The notes beneath the pieces are model-generated. The model ran no database searches, was not told the DNA's origin, and saw only the letters and a list, made by a program, of their open reading frames with translations. A DNA stretch of 33,481 nucleotides, from contig CAZEZK010000002.1 in assembly GCA_964516935.1 (NCBI GenBank), positions 7,416 through 40,896 on the forward strand, written 5' to 3'. The translations under genes and the position numbers were made by a program. How positions within the stretch are numbered: position 1 is the first letter of the stretch; each line of letters begins with the position of its first letter. Below are positions 1 through 10,582 of this stretch, one piece after another. This stretch comes from an uncultured bacterium (GTDB lineage Bacteria; Chlamydiota; Chlamydiia; Chlamydiales; SM23-39).

Positions 1-1772
1 TCCAATCTGTAGGTCATCTTCGCATCGATGTAGCGGTTCTGCTTCTGTTCATTAACAACGCTCTTATCCTTCTGGCGGAAGTCGACGATATTGGCGCAGG
101 AGAGGATGCCTGCAGCGCGCGCCACTCGGTTCCCCATCTCCATCACCCCTGGACCGCCTCCGGTCACAAGAGCTAGGGGCGTCCCCTCAGAGAGGAGCGG
201 ATGGTTCACCTGTTCACGCATGGCTAAAATGCCTTCAAGTAACCTCCTCAGCTCAGGCTCAAATTCGCTCTCGGAGAGGTTGGTACCATAGATACCGAAG
301 AAGGTAGCCTTGCGGAAGGTCTCGATCAGTGCAAGCGGCACAAACATCCCCACATCCTTATCGGGGCGTAAGATGTATTGCAGGATCTGTCCCGCCCCTT
401 CATCAACCCAATAGGTGGGGATGGCAAACTTAGCCAAGTCGACGAGCAGCGCGCGGTCTTCATGAGAGAAGAAGTCTCCGTAGGCGCGGGATGGATATTG
501 GAAGTAGAGCCGCTTGAGGCAGTGGCGCACCCGGTCACTCAGTAACAACTTCTTTAGTAGCGGTGTAGGGAAGTGGCGACAGAGCAGTACCCCCTGAGAG
601 GTGATCATCCCCTCCTCAATCGCATGGAGGAATGGCGTAGAGGGCTGCGTCTCGATATATTTCTCGACGATCAGCGCTTGCCGCGCTGGATGAGTCAGGC
701 CAGGGAACTCGTGCTTCATCGGATCGCGGACGATCCAGTCCGATGGCTTGAGACTAGCCAGCTGCGTGCCCTTCACCACGAAAACGGCTGCTAGATCATC
801 TTTCGGCTGGGGGGCAGTACCAAAGGCCTCGAAGAGGCTCTTTGGGCTATCCAAGGCCGCTTGAAGCTGATCCCTATCGAAAAAGAAAACGTGCTCGCGA
901 TGCGGCTCGAGCGTATAGAACTCTAGCGGGATATCGTCGAGCAGCTGACGACCGGTGCCGTAGAGTTCGTAAATATCGCCCGATGCCGCGGTGTCTGGCT
1001 GTAGCACGCTTGCCGCCATGTGGCGCACACCTTGTGGCAACAGCGCATCGACCACTCGTCCATAGACTGTGCGAATATGGAGCGGCGCTGTGCGTACTAG
1101 CAACACCTCGCCCTCTTCTACCAAGCGCGGTGTATGAGCTTCCCACTGCTGATGAAGATGGAGCATCTGGCGCGTAAGAGGCAAATTCTTCACAAGCGCC
1201 TTCGCCAGCGTCGTCAGGAAGCTATAGACGCTCTTTTCATAGCGGATCACTCCATCGCGCAGTGCAAGGAAGGCGATAGTTCGCCCCTCCTGTTTTTCCA
1301 AAACAAGATCCCCGCCCCCCTCTAATCCTCCTAGAGAGAGCAGAGGACGCCCTTTGCGATCGGAACGGCCAAACATGCGCAGCAGATAGTCGGGATCGCG
1401 CACGCGGCGACGCTCATCAGCGGCAAAGAGTTTGCCGATATAGGCGCCGACGGAGAGCAACTCTAACATCGCGCGCGCCATATCGCCAATGGCGACGAGC
1501 TCCACCTCTACATCAACTCGATGATTGGCGCGATCCCAATCATAGGAGCGAGCAATGCCATTCACTCCCAATTGTGCGAGGGTACTTTTGATGTTGAAGA
1601 AGACGAGATGTGCGTCGATTTGATAGCCGACAAAGAGCGGCGAGATATCTTCGATGCGCACTCGCGCAACGCGGTGCTTCACATCGATTGTGCGCAAATC
1701 AACGATATATCCATCTGGCGTAACCAGGTCGTAATGGTGCGAGGTGAGATAACTCTCCATTACTTCAATCAT
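1..1772 (-). CDS. PpnN/LOG-family (TIGR00730-like) domain protein with a long N-terminal extension; the 3' end runs off the window
   Basis: It is absent from the supplied ORF track because it has no stop codon inside the window. Read by hand on the minus strand from ATG 1772..1770 (MIEVMESYLTSHHYDLVTPDGY...), the frame stays open for 590 codons down to position 1. The last ~70 residues read FFGIYGTNLS...LALVTGGGPGVMEMGNRVARAAGILSCANIVDF...RYIDAKMTYRL. This matches the GGGPGxME glycine signature and layout of LOG/PpnN (YgdH) nucleotide nucleosidases. It starts 20 nt downstream of the stop of the preceding minus-strand gene. Confidence 0.75.
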   Translation of the reverse strand, partial: MIEVMESYLTSHHYDLVTPDGYIVDLRTIDVKHRVARVRIEDISPLFVGYQIDAHLVFFNIKSTLAQLGVNGIARSYDWDRANHRVDVEVELVAIGDMARAMLELLSVGAYIGKLFAADERRRVRDPDYLLRMFGRSDRKGRPLLSLGGLEGGGDLVLEKQEGRTIAFLALRDGVIRYEKSVYSFLTTLAKALVKNLPLTRQMLHLHQQWEAHTPRLVEEGEVLLVRTAPLHIRTVYGRVVDALLPQGVRHMAASVLQPDTAASGDIYELYGTGRQLLDDIPLEFYTLEPHREHVFFFDRDQLQAALDSPKSLFEAFGTAPQPKDDLAAVFVVKGTQLASLKPSDWIVRDPMKHEFPGLTHPARQALIVEKYIETQPSTPFLHAIEEGMITSQGVLLCRHFPTPLLKKLLLSDRVRHCLKRLYFQYPSRAYGDFFSHEDRALLVDLAKFAIPTYWVDEGAGQILQYILRPDKDVGMFVPLALIETFRKATFFGIYGTNLSESEFEPELRRLLEGILAMREQVNHPLLSEGTPLALVTGGGPGVMEMGNRVARAAGILSCANIVDFRQKDKSVVNEQKQNRYIDAKMTYRL

Positions 1773-1792
1773 GTAATGCTCGGGACGGTCTA

Positions 1793-2629
1793 CTACTCCA
1801 GATCAAGCGGCTCCAAAATGCGCTTTCCGTTGAGTGCGTTCCAGTAGCTGGTCATGACTGTACCGTCTGGATTCTGCACAACAATGCTGTAGACTGGCAA
1901 GAAAACTTCTCTTGTATTGCGAATTGCAAAATCTGTGCCAAATGCTGCGCGTGCAATCTCCTGAATTTGCGATGGGCGATAGCGCTTCTTCACGCGCAAT
2001 GCGTGTTTTGTCGGCTTCGTCACCAACCACTGCTCCAACTTCGTCTCAGAGATCACCATCAGACGCGGATTTTGCAAATGGAGGCGATAGCTGTTGCCAG
2101 TTTGGACGATAAGACTCTTCTTGCGGCAATTGTCAATCCAGCGATCGAGCGTATTATTCTCAATATTTAGAAATTTTGAAAGCCCTTCGCGATCCCACAC
2201 ACCACCCTTCGATGCCAATGCATTAATCACCTGAAACTCTTGTCTCGTTGCGCGCGCTTCGATACAGTCTGTAAAGCCGTGAGTCTTCTCCCAAGTACCT
2301 GTGTTAATCACCATCTCGCCATCTACAAGACTCCAGAGAATTACCCCCTCTCCTGTCTTGTCATAAGCACGAGTGTACTTCACCTCCATCAAAAGGTAGG
2401 GCACAAATTTCAGTACCGGATTTAAGTAGATGTGGTCGCTATCCTTTAACAGCTCGCTGCGATGCGCCTCCATCAGATGTTCTGCAGAGTAGCGCACCTC
2501 TAGTGTCTGAAAAGAGCCAACGCTCAAGTAATCTTCTATCTTTGATCGAAACCCTGGTAGATAGGTCCATGACCAAAATCCGCCAAGCCCCATGACAACT
2601 ATGCCAAGAAGAAAAACTATACTTCGCAT
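1793..2629 (-). CDS. hypothetical protein with an N-terminal membrane anchor or signal anchor
   Basis: This is a 278-aa ORF. The N-terminus MRSIVFLLGIVVMGLGGFWSW is one hydrophobic helix and the rest is soluble. I recognise no motif. Its tight spacing with the PpnN-like gene suggests an operon. Confidence 0.65.
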   Translation of the reverse strand: MRSIVFLLGIVVMGLGGFWSWTYLPGFRSKIEDYLSVGSFQTLEVRYSAEHLMEAHRSELLKDSDHIYLNPVLKFVPYLLMEVKYTRAYDKTGEGVILWSLVDGEMVINTGTWEKTHGFTDCIEARATRQEFQVINALASKGGVWDREGLSKFLNIENNTLDRWIDNCRKKSLIVQTGNSYRLHLQNPRLMVISETKLEQWLVTKPTKHALRVKKRYRPSQIQEIARAAFGTDFAIRNTREVFLPVYSIVVQNPDGTVMTSYWNALNGKRILEPLDLE

Positions 2630-2732
2630 GCTTCCCCTTTTAACGAAAAAATTGTTTTACGACTAGAGAGTTGAAACAAACAAAGCGCGTAAAGAAATAG
2701 ATTTTTAATTTCTCTTCTCCTATTCTTTACAC

Positions 2733-3593
2733 ATGCAACCTCTAGGTTATAGCGGACCAGGCTGGAATTTCTCCTCCTCAGATATAAAAAAAAATCTTGC
2801 GAAACTCGCTGGAGACATAGATAAACAGATAAATTCGATTTTCTTTTCCGCTGTCGTAAATCAGACAATTGCATCCATCCCCAAATCTTTTCCCAAATCC
2901 GGCGATACATTCCAAATCCCTGTAGAAGATGCAGATGGAAAGGGATGGACAGCACGCGAATATACCGTTGCAGAAATTCCTTTGGGATCCCCAAAACTAA
3001 AGGGAAATGTTTTCTTTGACTTTGTCCGAGAGCGCATCGTGATGTGTGCATATGGCCTTAAAAGCTCTGATTCAGACGCTCCCTCCCTATTGATCATGCC
3101 GGGCACCACATTTCCTGGGACACGAGGCTGCCTACACTCTGTCATGTCCGCCTTCACCCCCTTTGGGAATGTAGGAGAGTTCGCCTACCAGTCCGGCAAA
3201 GAAAATATCAATAACTGGTTGGAAAAACAAGAGAACGTTCGAGGGTATGGAATTAGCCAGGGAGGCGCTCTGCTACAGCTCACTCTCCAAGACCATTCTT
3301 GGAAATTTACACAGGCAAATATCATCTCCTCTCCCGGTTTTGTCTATGGGTGGAATCCAGAACACGGGCAGAAATCTGTCGAAACTCGCATCTACGTGCA
3401 GATAACAGACCCGGTCTCTAAAGTTGGAGATTTCCCCGAAGGGGATAATATTACGCTCTACACGCTCTCCCAAGAGAATGACTATAAAAGTCTATCCTGG
3501 TGGGCCGATCTATTCCTAGGATGGATTGCCCATTTCCAAGACTGCCTAACAACAGAAAAAAAAGATTTCTATCATCCCCTCCAAAAACATTAA
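2733..3593 (+). CDS. alpha/beta-hydrolase-like protein (putative esterase or lipase)
   Basis: This is a 286-aa ORF. It has a G-I-S-Q-G nucleophile-elbow motif (GxSxG) in ...NVRGYGISQGGALLQLTL..., preceded by LLIMPGTTFPG, which resembles a beta-strand plus oxyanion region. It is divergent from the 1793..2629 gene. No clear Shine-Dalgarno sequence is present. Confidence 0.6.
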   Translation: MQPLGYSGPGWNFSSSDIKKNLAKLAGDIDKQINSIFFSAVVNQTIASIPKSFPKSGDTFQIPVEDADGKGWTAREYTVAEIPLGSPKLKGNVFFDFVRERIVMCAYGLKSSDSDAPSLLIMPGTTFPGTRGCLHSVMSAFTPFGNVGEFAYQSGKENINNWLEKQENVRGYGISQGGALLQLTLQDHSWKFTQANIISSPGFVYGWNPEHGQKSVETRIYVQITDPVSKVGDFPEGDNITLYTLSQENDYKSLSWWADLFLGWIAHFQDCLTTEKKDFYHPLQKH

Positions 3594-3633
3594 GGCCTAC
3601 AACCACATCTTCGAACACAATTGCCGAACAACC

Positions 3634-3867
3634 GTGCATAAGGTCATCAGCCTGGTGATGTTTTTTCTTGCCCCTCTGATTGTCCTCATCTGCGAGATCG
3701 GTTTGCTTTTTTCTGCTGGTTGCTCTAAGCTAGGTGAGTTAACAAGGGATTCATGGCATCAGTTAAAAAGAAACGAAAAGCTAAGATCGCTCTTCACAAG
3801 CGTAAAAAACGCCGACGACGCGATCGACATAAGAAAAAATAGTCCATTCATCTCGCAGGCAGTATGA
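3634..3867 (+). CDS. questionable 77-aa hypothetical with a hydrophobic N-terminus
   Basis: The ORF starts at GTG and its stop overlaps the mnmG ATG (ATGA). However, it spans the terminator-like hairpin/T-run and overlaps the much more distinctive basic mini-ORF in another frame. Its hydrophobic N-terminus may simply reflect T-rich DNA. Confidence 0.25.
   Translation: MHKVISLVMFFLAPLIVLICEIGLLFSAGCSKLGELTRDSWHQLKRNEKLRSLFTSVKNADDAIDIRKNSPFISQAV
3645..3666 (+). terminator. weak intrinsic-terminator-like hairpin followed by T6
   Basis: The stem is catca (3645-3649) and tgatg (3656-3660), the loop is gcctgg, and tttttt follows at 3661-3666. It lies 52 nt after the hydrolase stop. The stem is only 5 bp, so this call is weak. 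Confidence 0.3.
3753..3842 (+). CDS. 29-aa extremely basic mini-protein, bS22 / AURKAIP1-COX24-like candidate
   Basis: Hand translation gives ATG GCA TCA GTT AAA AAG ... AAA TAG = MASVKKKRKAKIALHKRKKRRRRDRHKKK*. An AAGGGA sequence lies 5 nt upstream of the ATG. The ORF ends 21 nt before mnmG. The pattern M-x-S-V-KK-RK...HK-RK-RR-R resembles actinobacterial bS22 (remembered as [21 protein letters not shown]..., not checked against a database). Confidence 0.45.
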   Translation: MASVKKKRKAKIALHKRKKRRRRDRHKKK

Positions 3868-5681
3868 GCTGGACCTATCCAACAGAGTTTGACACTATCG
3901 TCGTCGGAGCGGGTCATGCAGGCTGCGAGGCTGCCCACGCAGCCGCTCGAATGGGTGCTCGGACGCTCCTTCTGACGATGAACCTCGATACCATCGCCAA
4001 GATGAGCTGCAACCCCTCTATTGGGGGAACTGCAAAGGGCCATCTGGTGCGAGAGATCGATGCGTTGGGTGGCCTGATGGGAAAGATCGCTGACAGGACG
4101 AGCATCCAGTTCCGCATGCTCAACCGCTCCAAAGGTCCCGCCGTCCGCTCCCCTCGTTCCCAAGCAGATAAGGCCGCCTACTCTCTCGAGATGAAGCGCG
4201 CGCTGGAAGACACCCCCAACTTAGAGATCAAACAGGCGACCATCGACTCTCTTCTCGTCGAAGGAGGAGAGATCCGCGGCATATTGACCAAGGAGGGCAT
4301 CACCTATCTCGGCAAAACCGTCATTCTCTCTGCGGGCACCTTTATGCGCGGGCTGATCCATATCGGCCTAAACCAGATATCTGGAGGGCGCGGTGGCGAT
4401 CCCGCCTCTATGGGGCTCTCCCCCAACCTCCAAGCGCTAGGTTTTAAGATGGGGCGCCTTAAGACTGGCACACCTCCTCGCATCCACCGCCGCTCCATCA
4501 ACTATGCTCTCTGCGAAGAGCAACCCGGCGACCTCGACGTCTCCTTCTCTTATGACGCCCCAGAACCGCGTCTTCCTCAAGTCTCTTGCTTCATCACCTA
4601 TACAACCCCGCAGACACACGAGATCATCCGCAATAATCTCTCTCGTTCACCCCTCTATGCCGGCATCATCAAAGGTGTGGGCCCTCGCTACTGCCCCTCC
4701 ATTGAGGATAAGGTCGTTCGTTTTGCCGACAAAGAGCGCCACCAGATCTTTCTAGAGCCTGAAGGGCTCACCACTGCTGAGGTCTACGTCAACGGCATCT
4801 CCTCTTCACTTCCTTTTGATGCGCAGCTCGCTACGATCCACTCCATTATCGGCCTTGAAGCTGCCGAGGTGATGCGCCCTGCCTACGCCATCGAGTATGA
4901 CTACGTCACTAGCGGTCAGATTTACGCCACTCTTGAGACAAAACTGGTCCAAGGACTCTTCCTCGCTGGACAGATCAACGGCACAACCGGTTACGAAGAG
5001 GCCGCAGGGCAAGGGCTCATCGCTGGCGCCAATGCCGCCTGCAAAGCGCTCAACCTCCCACCGCTAATCTTCAAGCGCAGCGACAGCTACCTCGGCGTCA
5101 TGATCGATGACCTGATCCGCTTCGAACTCAGTGAGCCCTATCGCCTCTTTACCAGCCGCGCCGAATATCGACTCCTCCTGCGCCAAGACAATGCCGATCT
5201 GCGCCTCCGCCCTCTTGCTTACCCCTACCAACTAGTCTCGCCTGAGCAATACCAACGCACTCTTACAAAACAAAATGCCATTACCGAAGAGATCCAACGG
5301 CTAGAGAAAAGCTTCACCAGCATCGCCGGCAAGAGCACCAACCTCTCCCAACTCCTCTGCCGCCCCGACTGGGACTATGCAAAGACGCTCGAAGCCTTCC
5401 CTGATCGCATCCGCGACCTTGGCGAAGAGATCAACACCCAGATCGAAACAGAGCTTAAGTATGCTGGCTACATCGAGCGACAGCAGCGCGAAGCCGCCAA
5501 ATGGGACCAGCTCGACCAGATCTCGATCCCAACCAATTTCAATTACGATTCGATCATCGGCCTACGCACTGAAGCACGCCAGAAATTGCGCCAGTTCACT
5601 CCCAGCCATCTTGGCCAAGCCTCCCGCATCTCCGGAGTCTCTCCCGCTGACATCTCGATCTTAATGGTCTCCCTTCGATGA
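3864..5681 (+). CDS. mnmG: tRNA uridine 5-carboxymethylaminomethyl modification enzyme MnmG (GidA)
   Basis: It is 605 aa. The N-terminal FAD fold is DTIVVGAGHAGCEAAHAAARMGARTLLLT, followed by MSCNPSIGGTAKGHLVREIDALGG and the GTTGYEEAAGQG motif. Length and architecture are typical. Confidence 0.97.
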   Translation: MSWTYPTEFDTIVVGAGHAGCEAAHAAARMGARTLLLTMNLDTIAKMSCNPSIGGTAKGHLVREIDALGGLMGKIADRTSIQFRMLNRSKGPAVRSPRSQADKAAYSLEMKRALEDTPNLEIKQATIDSLLVEGGEIRGILTKEGITYLGKTVILSAGTFMRGLIHIGLNQISGGRGGDPASMGLSPNLQALGFKMGRLKTGTPPRIHRRSINYALCEEQPGDLDVSFSYDAPEPRLPQVSCFITYTTPQTHEIIRNNLSRSPLYAGIIKGVGPRYCPSIEDKVVRFADKERHQIFLEPEGLTTAEVYVNGISSSLPFDAQLATIHSIIGLEAAEVMRPAYAIEYDYVTSGQIYATLETKLVQGLFLAGQINGTTGYEEAAGQGLIAGANAACKALNLPPLIFKRSDSYLGVMIDDLIRFELSEPYRLFTSRAEYRLLLRQDNADLRLRPLAYPYQLVSPEQYQRTLTKQNAITEEIQRLEKSFTSIAGKSTNLSQLLCRPDWDYAKTLEAFPDRIRDLGEEINTQIETELKYAGYIERQQREAAKWDQLDQISIPTNFNYDSIIGLRTEARQKLRQFTPSHLGQASRISGVSPADISILMVSLR

Positions 5682-6196
5682 ATTGGCTAATTATCGAAAC
5701 GAGCTCTAACGCCTCTTGCCTAGTATTGGGCTCGCAAGGTCGCGTTATCGCCCACAAACCGCTGATTGGAGGCGAACATCTTTCTCGCACACTCGCGCGC
5801 GAGGTGGAGCAGCTTTTAGCCCAACACCCCCTCACCCTTGATGCGATCGCCGTCGGCACAGGACCCGGCTCTTACACAGGCATCCGCATCGGCGCAGCGC
5901 TGGGACAATCTCTAGCCTTTGGCTGGAATATCCCAGTCAGAGGTTTCTGCAGCCTAGCAGGCTATGCGACAAATCTGCCTGTAGCTATCGACGCACGCGG
6001 TGGTGGTGTCTATCTTCTAGATCGCGGTCAGCTCTCTAAAATCCCACTCACCGAACTCACTGCAAATGAACTAGTCTCTCCAGATACCGCGACCTTGCAG
6101 CAAAGACTCCCCGAAAAGCGCTGGACTCAAGCTTCTCCGGACCCAGTCGCACTCCTTGCGGCAGAGAAGACGACCCTGCAGTTCCGCTACTTGTAA
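5678..6196 (+). CDS. tsaB: tRNA N6-threonylcarbamoyladenosine biosynthesis protein TsaB (YeaZ), short form
   Basis: It is 172 aa. It reads LIIETSSNASCLVL ... AIAVGTGPGSYTGIRIGAALGQSLAFGWNIPV, the characteristic TsaB/ASKHA segment. Its start overlaps the mnmG stop (ATGA), suggesting translational coupling. Confidence 0.85.
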   Translation: MNWLIIETSSNASCLVLGSQGRVIAHKPLIGGEHLSRTLAREVEQLLAQHPLTLDAIAVGTGPGSYTGIRIGAALGQSLAFGWNIPVRGFCSLAGYATNLPVAIDARGGGVYLLDRGQLSKIPLTELTANELVSPDTATLQQRLPEKRWTQASPDPVALLAAEKTTLQFRYL

Positions 6197-6227
6197 AGCA
6201 GCTTTACATTGGGTATCCTGACCTTAA

Positions 6228-7820
6228 ATGAAGATCTACCTCGCCCAGATCAACCCCACCATTGGCCATATAACAGGCAATACAGAGAAGATCTTGCACC
6301 ATCTAAGTCTAGCACGTGCGGCTGGTGCCGACATTGTCCTCTTTCCTGAGCTCGCCATCACCGGCTACCCCCCAGAAGACCTACTACTTGATATGACAAT
6401 GATTCAAGCAGCGGATGATGCGCTGACGAAGATCCAGCCCGCGACGCATGACCTCTTTGTCGTCGTAGGAGCGACACGCATAAATCCTTCTGGAATCGAA
6501 AGAGCTTTATACAACAGCGCCGCGATCTTTGCTGATGGCGAGCTGCTTGGCTTTCGTGACAAGGTTTTGCTTCCCACCTATGATGTCTTCGATGAGCGCC
6601 GCTTCTTTGAACCGGGCGCAGAGTCTCAGCCGATCTGGTCCCACATGGGCAAACGCATTGCAATCACCATCTGCGAAGATGGCTGGGATGGCACATATCA
6701 CTGCAATCCAATCTCAGCGATCCAGTCGCAACAGCCCGATCTGCTGATCAACATCTCCGCCTCGCCCTACTCTTTTGGACGCCAACGCACCCGACTTGAA
6801 ACCTTCTCTGCGGTCGCGAAAAAGCTGCAGTGCCCCCTACTCTACTGCAACCAGGTCGGTGCCAACGACCAGCTGATTTTCGACGGCAACAGCTTCTGCC
6901 TCAGCAAAGAAGGCGAGCTACTCCATCAAGCACGCTCGTTTCAAGAAGAGGGGGCTCTTATTGACATGACAGCGACTGCACCAATCGAACCGGCAGCAGA
7001 GTCCCTCTCACAGATCTATGAAGCGCTGGTACTAGGAGTGCGCGACTACTTCCACAAACAGGGCTTTTCAAAAGCGTTGCTGGGACTCTCTGGCGGCATC
7101 GACTCTGCTCTTACAGCCTGCATCGCGACTGAAGCGCTCGGTAAAGAGAATCTTGAGCTTTTCTATCTCCCCACTCGCATCTCCTCCCCCATCAGCGAAC
7201 GCGACGCTACACAGCTAGCTCACAATTTGGGGATTCCGTTACAGATTGTATCGATCCAGTCGATCTTCGAATCGGCATGTCAACAGTTCAACCTCCCACC
7301 GCAAGGCTTGCCTGTAGAAAATCTCCAAGCACGCCTGCGCGCACTCTTCCTAATGTCTCGCTCTAATGAGACGAACGCCCTTCTTCTCAACACAAGCAAT
7401 AAAAGCGAACTGGCGATGGGGTTCTCGACAATCTACGGAGACCTCTGCGGCGGCTTAGGAGTACTCCTCGATGTCCTCAAAACAAAAGTTTATGCCCTCG
7501 CTAACCACCTTGCCCCCCTCATCCCCCCCTCAATCCTCGAGCGCACCCCCACCGCTGAGCTACGCGAAAACCAGACCGACCAAGATACCCTTCCCCCCTA
7601 TCCCCTCCTCGACACGGTCCTAGAGGAGTATATCGAACATCGGACCCCCCCTATCCAGATCGTCAAACGCCATAACATCCCCCTAGACCTAGTCCAGGAG
7701 ATCATTCACAAAATCCATCTGGCTGAGTATAAGCGGCGCCAGGCCCCCATAGGCCTCCGGGTAACACAAAAATCCTTTAGTAAAGGGCGCAACGTGCCTA
7801 TCGCACAGAGCTGGAAATAG
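6228..7820 (+). CDS. nadE: glutamine-dependent NAD+ synthetase (CN-hydrolase domain plus NAD synthetase domain)
   Basis: It is 530 aa. The N-terminal nitrilase-type triad context is FPELAITGY, KVLLPTYDVFDE and ITICEDGW. The C-terminal PP-loop is GLSGGIDSAL. The protein ends with the typical ...YKRRQAPIGLRVT tail. Confidence 0.95.
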   Translation: MKIYLAQINPTIGHITGNTEKILHHLSLARAAGADIVLFPELAITGYPPEDLLLDMTMIQAADDALTKIQPATHDLFVVVGATRINPSGIERALYNSAAIFADGELLGFRDKVLLPTYDVFDERRFFEPGAESQPIWSHMGKRIAITICEDGWDGTYHCNPISAIQSQQPDLLINISASPYSFGRQRTRLETFSAVAKKLQCPLLYCNQVGANDQLIFDGNSFCLSKEGELLHQARSFQEEGALIDMTATAPIEPAAESLSQIYEALVLGVRDYFHKQGFSKALLGLSGGIDSALTACIATEALGKENLELFYLPTRISSPISERDATQLAHNLGIPLQIVSIQSIFESACQQFNLPPQGLPVENLQARLRALFLMSRSNETNALLLNTSNKSELAMGFSTIYGDLCGGLGVLLDVLKTKVYALANHLAPLIPPSILERTPTAELRENQTDQDTLPPYPLLDTVLEEYIEHRTPPIQIVKRHNIPLDLVQEIIHKIHLAEYKRRQAPIGLRVTQKSFSKGRNVPIAQSWK

Positions 7821-7970
7821 TTACATCACAGGTTACAAATAAACGTAAATATATGATACAATATGTAATGTAAATACAAATAATAATATTACCGATAGAA
7901 TGTTCGCAAAAATATAGATTTATTTTTCCGCGAATAATATTAATTACATCTTTACGAAAAGGGGCACATC
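7821..7970 (+). promoter_or_regulatory. conspicuously AT-rich 150-bp intergenic region, probable promoter/leader of the 7971 gene
   Basis: It is visibly much more AT-rich than the flanking coding DNA. It contains reiterated TACA/GTAAAT words and a 10-nt direct repeat AATAATATTA at 7882-7891 and 7933-7942. A Shine-Dalgarno-like AAAGGGG precedes the ATG at 7971. I could not pin down -35/-10 boxes with confidence. Confidence 0.35.
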
Positions 7971-8540
7971 ATGTCGTTCAGCATTTTTAACAATCGAAAT
8001 CAAATCCACCCAGTCACAACTGAAGTGGCCCCAGAACAGGCAGCCCCTGAAGAGTGCTTTCCCTGTCGTCTACTCTATGATCTTTTCTGCAATATCGCTA
8101 TAGGATCCGAAGAAATGAGTTTATCAACTCTACGGATACCCTCAGCAAGCGTTCATACCTTTCGAGTCTTAAGTCCACAAATCGAACCTATCAACAGCGA
8201 AATAGCACAATCTCCTTGCACCAATAATAGGATCGAAGAAAACCTCACCTCTGAAGAGATTGAAGACGAACCTTCCGCCAATATCGTGGCCGCACAAAAT
8301 CGCAGTACAGAAGAAATTCGTGAAGTCAACAATACCAACGGTGTAACCCGAGAAAGTCTTACCCTCGAAGATTTCGAAGCAGAAGAAATTCCAAATGCGA
8401 CGTTAATCATTGAGCCTCCCTCACAATTGGCGACTTCACTGTCGAATGAGAGACTGGACGCTATTCTAGTGATAACCAGAGATCTGGAACACCTCATCGA
8501 AGAGCGCATGTTGAATGAGATAGCTGATCTGTTCACCTAA
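7971..8540 (+). CDS. hypothetical acidic protein (orphan-looking)
   Basis: It is a 189-aa ORF. It is rich in Glu/Asp/Ser/Asn (SEEIEDE, TEEIREV, FEAEEIP). I recognise no domain. The gene is visibly more AT-rich than its neighbours. It is convergent with groEL. Confidence 0.55.
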   Translation: MSFSIFNNRNQIHPVTTEVAPEQAAPEECFPCRLLYDLFCNIAIGSEEMSLSTLRIPSASVHTFRVLSPQIEPINSEIAQSPCTNNRIEENLTSEEIEDEPSANIVAAQNRSTEEIREVNNTNGVTRESLTLEDFEAEEIPNATLIIEPPSQLATSLSNERLDAILVITRDLEHLIEERMLNEIADLFT

Positions 8541-8565
8541 AAAAGGTTCATCAGCTCATTTGGTA

Positions 8566-10489
<1,924 letters not shown>

Positions 10490-10582
10490 GAAATGCTCCT
10501 CTATTGACTTCGTTAGTTTACTGCCGAATGAAAAAAATTGGTAGTCCTAAAAAAATCACCTTTTTTCTCCGTGTCCTCCGCG

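Noticed and set aside
91-1847. Nine short track ORFs (for example 573..794 +, 842..1177 +, 874..1146 -, 1521..1847 +).
   Set aside because: All lie inside, or antisense to, the 590-codon open minus-strand frame with a PpnN/LOG signature. They have no motifs and overlap one another, so they are shadow ORFs.
2617-3157. Minus-strand ORFs 2617..3051 and 2861..3157, antisense to the hydrolase-like gene.
   Set aside because: They have no motifs and a Cys/Arg-rich composition typical of antisense frames. They overlap a plus-strand ORF that carries a GxSxG motif.
8522-8556. An inverted repeat agctgat...atcagct between the convergent 7971 gene and groEL, as a possible bidirectional terminator.
   Set aside because: The stem is only 7 bp with a 21-nt loop, it overlaps the stop codon of the plus-strand gene, and it has no clean U-tract on either strand. 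It is too weak to call.
10490-10582. A CIRCE (HrcA operator) upstream of groES.
   Set aside because: On the minus strand there is TTAGGACTA, which matches 7 of 9 positions of the TTAGCACTC half-site. The partner (..GTAAACTAA) is poor, and the spacer would be about 20 nt rather than 9. This is not a canonical CIRCE, and I could not define a promoter here with confidence either.
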